This document shows, piece by piece, positions 58,946-64,000 of a stretch of 64,000 nucleotides of DNA. The notes beneath the pieces are model-generated. The model did not search any database. It was not told where the DNA came from and saw only the letters and a program-made list of their open reading frames with translations. The stretch spans positions 368,938 through 432,937 of the forward strand of contig CAVVBB010000003.1 of assembly GCA_963746475.1 (NCBI GenBank), read 5' to 3'. A program made the position numbers and the translations under genes. Source of the DNA: an uncultured delta proteobacterium. Lineage in GTDB: Bacteria; Myxococcota_A; Polyangia; Polyangiales; Houyiibacteriaceae. The stretch's first letter is position 1, and every line of letters starts with the position of its first letter.

Positions 58946-59027
58946 CTCGACTCTGCCCTAGCACAGGCATCTTCGGCTTGTAAGACGGAGCCGTTCGGCA
59001 TAAAGACCGGACAATCGAAGCTGCTCT

Positions 59028-60026
59028 ATGATGCCCGCCCCAAAAACGCTAACACGGATTCACGACCTGCAAGACAGCGCAACCGAAGACCCGAAAGTCT
59101 CCATCGTCGTCCCCGGCCTCAACGAGGCCGACAGTATGCCGACCTTAGCCGCCGAAATCCGGTCGGCCCTCGGTACCGATACGCCGTATGAACTCATCTT
59201 CGTAGACGACGGCAGCACGGATGACAGTTGGCAAGTCATTCAGCAGCTACACGAGCAGGACCCCTCGGTGCAGGGTATCCGCCTGCGCAAAAACTTCGGC
59301 AAAGCCATGGCCCTTTCGGCTGGTTTCGACCGTGCCCGGGCAGACGTCGTCGTCATGATGGACGCCGACCTACAGGACGACCCCGCCGACCTACCCAAGA
59401 TGCTCGAGCAGCTCGACCAAGGGCTCGATGTGGTCGTCGGCTGGAAGGTCGACCGCAAAGATCCACTCAACCGACGGGTCTTCTCGTTACTCTTCAACAA
59501 GACCGTCGGTGTCGTGACAGGCACGCGTCTTCACGACATGAACTGTGGCTTCAAGGCCTATCGGCGAGACGTGCTGAAGTCGATCCCCATCTACGGCGAC
59601 TTGTTTCGCTTCATTCCGGCGCTCGCGGCCTGGCAAGGCTTCGTCGTCGGCGAGATGCCGGTCCACCACAGAGCGCGTCAGCACGGACGGTCCCGCTACG
59701 GGCTCGAGCGGATACTGCGTGGGTTCTTCGACCTGCTGAGCGTGGCTTTCCTAACTCGGTACTTGCGTAAGCCGATGCACCTGTTCGGCATGCTGGGTCT
59801 CCTGTTCTCCATCCTCGGAGTCGGCATCTGCGGCTATCTGTCCGTGCTTTGGATGATGGGCGAAGCCATCGGCTCTCGACCGATGCTGCTGCTCGGCATC
59901 CTGCTTATCCTGGTCGGCGCGCAATCCTTTTCGCTCGGCCTCATCGGCGAGTTTCTTACTTTTCAGTACCACCGGAAGCACGAGCCGGAACGTCTTCCCA
60001 TTCGTGAGGTCACCGGTGACCCATAG
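59028..60026 (+). CDS. GT2 polyprenyl-phosphate glycosyltransferase (GtrB/ArnC/Dpm1-like) with two C-terminal TM helices
   Basis: VSIVVPGLNE, FVDDGSTDDS and the DxD motif MDADLQDD. The C-terminal segments are hydrophobic. Confidence 0.9.
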   Translation: MMPAPKTLTRIHDLQDSATEDPKVSIVVPGLNEADSMPTLAAEIRSALGTDTPYELIFVDDGSTDDSWQVIQQLHEQDPSVQGIRLRKNFGKAMALSAGFDRARADVVVMMDADLQDDPADLPKMLEQLDQGLDVVVGWKVDRKDPLNRRVFSLLFNKTVGVVTGTRLHDMNCGFKAYRRDVLKSIPIYGDLFRFIPALAAWQGFVVGEMPVHHRARQHGRSRYGLERILRGFFDLLSVAFLTRYLRKPMHLFGMLGLLFSILGVGICGYLSVLWMMGEAIGSRPMLLLGILLILVGAQSFSLGLIGEFLTFQYHRKHEPERLPIREVTGDP

Positions 60027-60067
60027 GGACACGCCCTCCGTCGAAGGCTGCGCCCGGTAAACAGTCC

Positions 60068-62110
60068 ATGCGCAATCCAGTGTCCGAGCCGAACCGGCAC
60101 CGCGGGCCGAGCTGGCAGCGGCTACCAGAGGCGCTGCGTTCCTGGGCCGTGCTTTTTGTCGTTTTGGGCTGGCTTCCAGGGGTGGTCTCAGCCTCCTGGC
60201 TCATGCACGCGGGCAAGACCTTCACGCTTGGCAAAGAGCTCAGCGTCACCCTGACCCAGTCCGAGCGCTATGTGTCGCTGCTCGCGGGTCTCGCGTCCCT
60301 CACGACCTTGGCCATCGTGTACGCCACGACGCTGCGAATACGGCGCAGGCGTAACCCGGCACTGGCGGCGAACAGCTGTTTTCGCTCACTCAATCGCCAG
60401 CTCCTTTGGATTGCCGCTCTCCCGTTCCTCGGCCTCCTCTACACGACGCCCTTCGAAAGCAGTCATCCCGAGCTCAACCTGAGCTTGATCGCGATCACGG
60501 TCGCGATTCTCTGCACCTGGTTCTACGGCATCTCAGGCCCATCGCCTGGGTTCGCGGCCTTCCCTGTGAGTCCGTCATCGGACGCCGCGGCAGCCTCCTG
60601 GCGCGACAAGGCGGGACCCTGGCTGCTCGTCGGCGCGATGGGCTGCGTGTACGGACTTTGGCTGAGCCACTTGTCCGTGCTCGACCACAGAACTTTCCAG
60701 ACCGATAACTTCGACCTCGGCATCTACCACAACATCTTCTGGAACTCGACGCATGGCGATTTTCTCGGTTGCTCCTTTTGCCGTGGCGGCAAGCACTACT
60801 CGGCTCATTTCGACCCCATTCTTTGGATCCTGAGCCCGCTTTACCGCTTGAGCCCGCAAGCCGAAACTCTGCTCCGCCTTCAGTCCTGGTGGCTGGCCCT
60901 CGGGGGGATTCCTCTGTTCTTGTACGCGCGTCGTTGCCTCGGGCACGTCTGGTGGGCCTGCGCGGTCGTGGCTGCGTACTATCTCACGCCTGCGCTGCAG
61001 GGCGCCAACATGTACGACTTCCACTCAATGACGCTGCTGGTGCCCACGGCGATCTGGATGGTCTACTGCCTCGACGCGGACAAGCCCTGGGGATACGCCG
61101 CGGCCTTCGTGCTGCTCTTGCTAACCCGCGAGGACATGGCCTTACTGGCCTGCTTCATCGGCCTCTACGCCATTTTGACAGGGCACAGGAAACTCGGCGC
61201 CATCACGATCGCCGTCTCCCTACTCTACTTCGCAGTCGTCAAGGGCATCGTCATGTCGCCCGGACGAAACTTGCCGAGCGACACAAAGGCCCACTCCTAC
61301 ACTTGGTACTACGGTGAGATGATCCCTCATCGAACAGAGGGGGCCGCAGGGCTCATCGTGACAGCGCTCAGCGACCCGATGGCCACGCTCCTGGTGATCC
61401 TGAGCAAGCCGAAGCTGCTCTACGCCCTCAAGCTGTTGCTTCCTCTGCTCTTTCTTCCGCTTTTCGGAGGAAAGAAGCGCGTGCTGATGCTTTACGGACT
61501 TGCGTTCATCGCTCTGGCGAGTCGGAACGCCGTATATTCGACCCATTTCCAATATTCCTGTCTGCTGATTCCGTTCTTGCTCCTCTCGGTTCCCGACGCA
61601 GTGGTGGCTCTCAAGGACGCGCGCTGGCCAGAGCTCTGGCGGCTGGACCGGGGCCGGCTTCAGAAGGCGCTTCTCGCGGGCGTGGTCGCTTCGAGCGCCC
61701 TGATGGCCGCCGAGTACGGCGTGGCAGCCCAGAACTCGTCGATTCGAGCGGGCTACAACAAAGTGCAATGGAGCGCTTCCGACGAGCAGCAGGCTCGTTT
61801 CGAATCCTTCCGGGTCTTCTCGCAAAACATTCCGCGGGATGCCGTCGTGAGTAGCACCCGTCATCTCGGTCCACATCTGGCAAACCGAGCGCAGATCCAC
61901 GAGTGGCCCAAAGTGGGGAACGCCGAGTACATCCTGCTCGACCGCGGGGGAAAGCGCCACGCCAAGTATCGGAAGATTCTGAAGATGAAGATGTTCGAGG
62001 TGATCACCGAGTCCCCGGACTTCGTGCTTCTGCGTCGAATCGAGCCGAGCTCGGACGCTGCCCGTCGAGCCCCCAAAGACACACAGCGACTCCCGAAAAC
62101 GCATCCGTGA
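60068..62110 (+). CDS. Large polytopic membrane protein, DUF2079-like (GT-C-type glycosyltransferase candidate)
   Basis: 680 aa with 12 or more transmembrane helices. It has the motif DNFDLGIYHNIFWNSTHG...HFDPILWILSPLY and a C-terminal soluble domain. Confidence 0.7.
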   Translation: MRNPVSEPNRHRGPSWQRLPEALRSWAVLFVVLGWLPGVVSASWLMHAGKTFTLGKELSVTLTQSERYVSLLAGLASLTTLAIVYATTLRIRRRRNPALAANSCFRSLNRQLLWIAALPFLGLLYTTPFESSHPELNLSLIAITVAILCTWFYGISGPSPGFAAFPVSPSSDAAAASWRDKAGPWLLVGAMGCVYGLWLSHLSVLDHRTFQTDNFDLGIYHNIFWNSTHGDFLGCSFCRGGKHYSAHFDPILWILSPLYRLSPQAETLLRLQSWWLALGGIPLFLYARRCLGHVWWACAVVAAYYLTPALQGANMYDFHSMTLLVPTAIWMVYCLDADKPWGYAAAFVLLLLTREDMALLACFIGLYAILTGHRKLGAITIAVSLLYFAVVKGIVMSPGRNLPSDTKAHSYTWYYGEMIPHRTEGAAGLIVTALSDPMATLLVILSKPKLLYALKLLLPLLFLPLFGGKKRVLMLYGLAFIALASRNAVYSTHFQYSCLLIPFLLLSVPDAVVALKDARWPELWRLDRGRLQKALLAGVVASSALMAAEYGVAAQNSSIRAGYNKVQWSASDEQQARFESFRVFSQNIPRDAVVSSTRHLGPHLANRAQIHEWPKVGNAEYILLDRGGKRHAKYRKILKMKMFEVITESPDFVLLRRIEPSSDAARRAPKDTQRLPKTHP

Positions 62111-62137
62111 TAGACGACTGACCCGCGCCGGACGGGG

Positions 62138-64000
62138 CTAGCGCCTGAAGTAGAGCTCCAGCTTGCTCTTGCGGCCCGGATTGATCTGTCTGCGGGCCGC
62201 TCCGAGAATGAAGCCCGCGTCCGAAACCTCGGTTGCCAGTTTGCGAGCGCACTTGGGGTCGAGGACGGCGAACTCCGCCCTGTCGACGAGTGGCTCGATT
62301 TCCTCCTCGTCGGCCGAGACCAAGGGGTCCGGGAACCGTCGTCGCTCCGGCCCGAAGACCGGCGTGGTCATCTGCGAAAGGGCGTACAGCCCGGAAGCGT
62401 ACGTGTCGCCACAGCCAAAGAACGCGACCTCGCCATATGGCGTCTCGGCGGGGCGTGTGTCGGGCATACGCCCAATTCGATGGCGACCTACCCTCCGTCT
62501 GTCGGCGGTGTGCTTGAGCGCGAAGTCGAAGAACACGAGGTCGCCCGCGATCGAGTCCCAGCCCTTGGACTGCGGATGCTCCCAGACCAACTGCGTCACC
62601 CCGAGGTCCCTGTAGAGGTCCCACAGCTCAGCTGGAGAGCGAAGCCGCCCGTAGCTGATCCCGAACTGCCAGCCGCCCCAATCGGACGTCGTCGCTCGCG
62701 AAAGGCCGAGGTGAACGTGATTGTCGTGGAGCAGGACCTTTGCATCTTCGGGAAGCGCATCGCGGACCCGAGTCCATGTCTTGAACACGTCGAGCCGTTC
62801 CTCATAGCGCTTCGCGTAACCGGCCGACAGGAGATCGTTCACGCGCTTGATCGGAGACTTGATCATCGCGTGTGATTGCAGGAAGTACACGTCTCCGCCG
62901 ATCACGAGCTGCGTGGCGATGAGCGCGGCGAGGGTGATTCTGGCGGCCCAGCCGGTGTCCCAGAGCCGAATGATGAGAGCCGCAGTCACGGCCGCCATCC
63001 AAGGCATCAGCGTTTGAAGGTACCGGTCTTGGTGGTGAATCCAGAACCAGGTGCAGATGGCGACTTGGGTCAAAATGACCAGCAGCCAGAGGCGCTTTGC
63101 TTTCCTAAGAAACGGCAAGCAAAGCAGCAGCAAGGTGTACAACGAACCGAAGACCGGAACGCTGCCGTGATACCGTGCATAGTCGTGTGGAACGAAGGAA
63201 AACGATAGCGATACCCCGAGGGTCTTCAACAGGCCCGCCCAGTCTCGGCTCGGCCGCCAGAACTGATAGTCCTTGTAGCCCCATTCGAAGAGCGCGGCGG
63301 CGTCTTGGGTCCAGGGCCTTGGCGTGAAGTGCTCGTGCAAAGACGGGTAAAGCGGATCGCCATACCAGACCCAATTGCGCAGCCAAAAGAAGGCCGTCGC
63401 GCCGAGGGCAACGGCTGTCGCCGCGACCGGACCCTTCCATGAGATGCGGCGCTCACGGACCGCACGCCACAGGAAGACGGCAGCGATGATCAGCACCGGC
63501 CCTGGCACCAGCAACATCCCAGCGGTGAGCTTCGGCATGGCTGCGCCGGCCATCATCAACGCGAGCAGCGCTAGGCGCCCGGGTGCCAAGCTCGGCACCG
63601 ATCGCAGCATCATGACGAAGACCGGAAGCGCGAAGAGCGCCGCGATGTGATCCGCCCCCCCCGCAAGGCTGGAGTCGTAGAGCAATACCCCTGGAAAGAG
63701 AAAGCGGGCCGCCCATGAAGCGCTGGCGCGCGCCCCGGGAACCAGCAAACGCACCGCTGGCGGTATCATGGCGAGCGTCCAGACGAAGCAGGTCAGCTCC
63801 ATGTGCGCGGCTAGCTCTACCTGATCGAACAGGGTCACACCGGGCAGCAGAAACGCCCAGGTGAAGAGCATGCTCGCCAGGTGCGGATTGGTCGCAACCG
63901 TCCATCCCTCCGCGAAACGCGGAATGAACCCGAGGTGCGCATACTGCTCGGCGAGCGCGAGATGCTTCCAACGAGCGTCGAACTGAACGTTCTCCGGCGT
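62138..64000 (-). CDS. Polytopic membrane protein, GT-C/ArnT-like candidate; 5' end outside window
   Basis: By hand translation, the frame upstream of the ATG at 63871 stays open to base 64000 (...FDARWKHLALAEQYAHLGFIPRFAEGW...). The N-terminal transmembrane domain is followed by a ~200-aa C-terminal soluble domain. Confidence 0.6.
   Translation of the reverse strand, partial: TPENVQFDARWKHLALAEQYAHLGFIPRFAEGWTVATNPHLASMLFTWAFLLPGVTLFDQVELAAHMELTCFVWTLAMIPPAVRLLVPGARASASWAARFLFPGVLLYDSSLAGGADHIAALFALPVFVMMLRSVPSLAPGRLALLALMMAGAAMPKLTAGMLLVPGPVLIIAAVFLWRAVRERRISWKGPVAATAVALGATAFFWLRNWVWYGDPLYPSLHEHFTPRPWTQDAAALFEWGYKDYQFWRPSRDWAGLLKTLGVSLSFSFVPHDYARYHGSVPVFGSLYTLLLLCLPFLRKAKRLWLLVILTQVAICTWFWIHHQDRYLQTLMPWMAAVTAALIIRLWDTGWAARITLAALIATQLVIGGDVYFLQSHAMIKSPIKRVNDLLSAGYAKRYEERLDVFKTWTRVRDALPEDAKVLLHDNHVHLGLSRATTSDWGGWQFGISYGRLRSPAELWDLYRDLGVTQLVWEHPQSKGWDSIAGDLVFFDFALKHTADRRRVGRHRIGRMPDTRPAETPYGEVAFFGCGDTYASGLYALSQMTTPVFGPERRRFPDPLVSADEEEIEPLVDRAEFAVLDPKCARKLATEVSDAGFILGAARRQINPGRKSKLELYFRR

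Overview
This is a densely coding, high-GC bacterial chromosomal segment (roughly two-thirds G+C by eye). About 55 protein genes and one tRNA are supported. I saw no rRNA, CRISPR array, transposase, integrase or phage gene.

The gene content is rich in lipobox lipoproteins and includes a PEGA lipoprotein, a MASE1 hybrid kinase and many outer-membrane barrels. That suggests a Myxococcota or delta-proteobacterial-like organism; this is inference only.

Housekeeping genes recognised from catalytic motifs: glyA, coaBC, trpE, guaA, guaB, parC/parE-type topoisomerase, thiD, hemB, ppa.

Five accessory blocks lie between them:
- Left edge: a flippase, two glycosyltransferases and an RND/MMPL exporter.
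- 6.0-13.6 kb: a lipoprotein, imelysin-like protein, HTTM (vitamin-K-carboxylase-like) protein, TonB-dependent receptor and TonB.
- 25.7-28.5 kb: a His-rich barrel protein, a parvulin-like protein and a long HupE.
- 34.3-35.7 kb: a ParA ATPase carrying two N-terminal TRASH-type zinc fingers, with a ParG-like RHH partner.
- Right edge: a GtrB-like GT2, a DUF2079-like protein and a GT-C-like protein.

The best candidates for an undescribed system are the TRASH-TRASH-ParA/RHH pair, the HTTM/imelysin TonB locus, the His-rich barrel/parvulin/HupE trio, and a tiny transmembrane peptide translationally coupled to a MerR regulator behind a dyad-bearing promoter.

Two genes, trpE and the TonB-dependent receptor, are interrupted by single-base frameshifts. 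The trpE shift sits in a C7 homopolymer. Together they may reflect assembly quality rather than biology.

Most long ORFs in the supplied track that overlap these genes in other frames are the usual high-GC artefacts. All family assignments come from motif recognition by eye. No database search was run.
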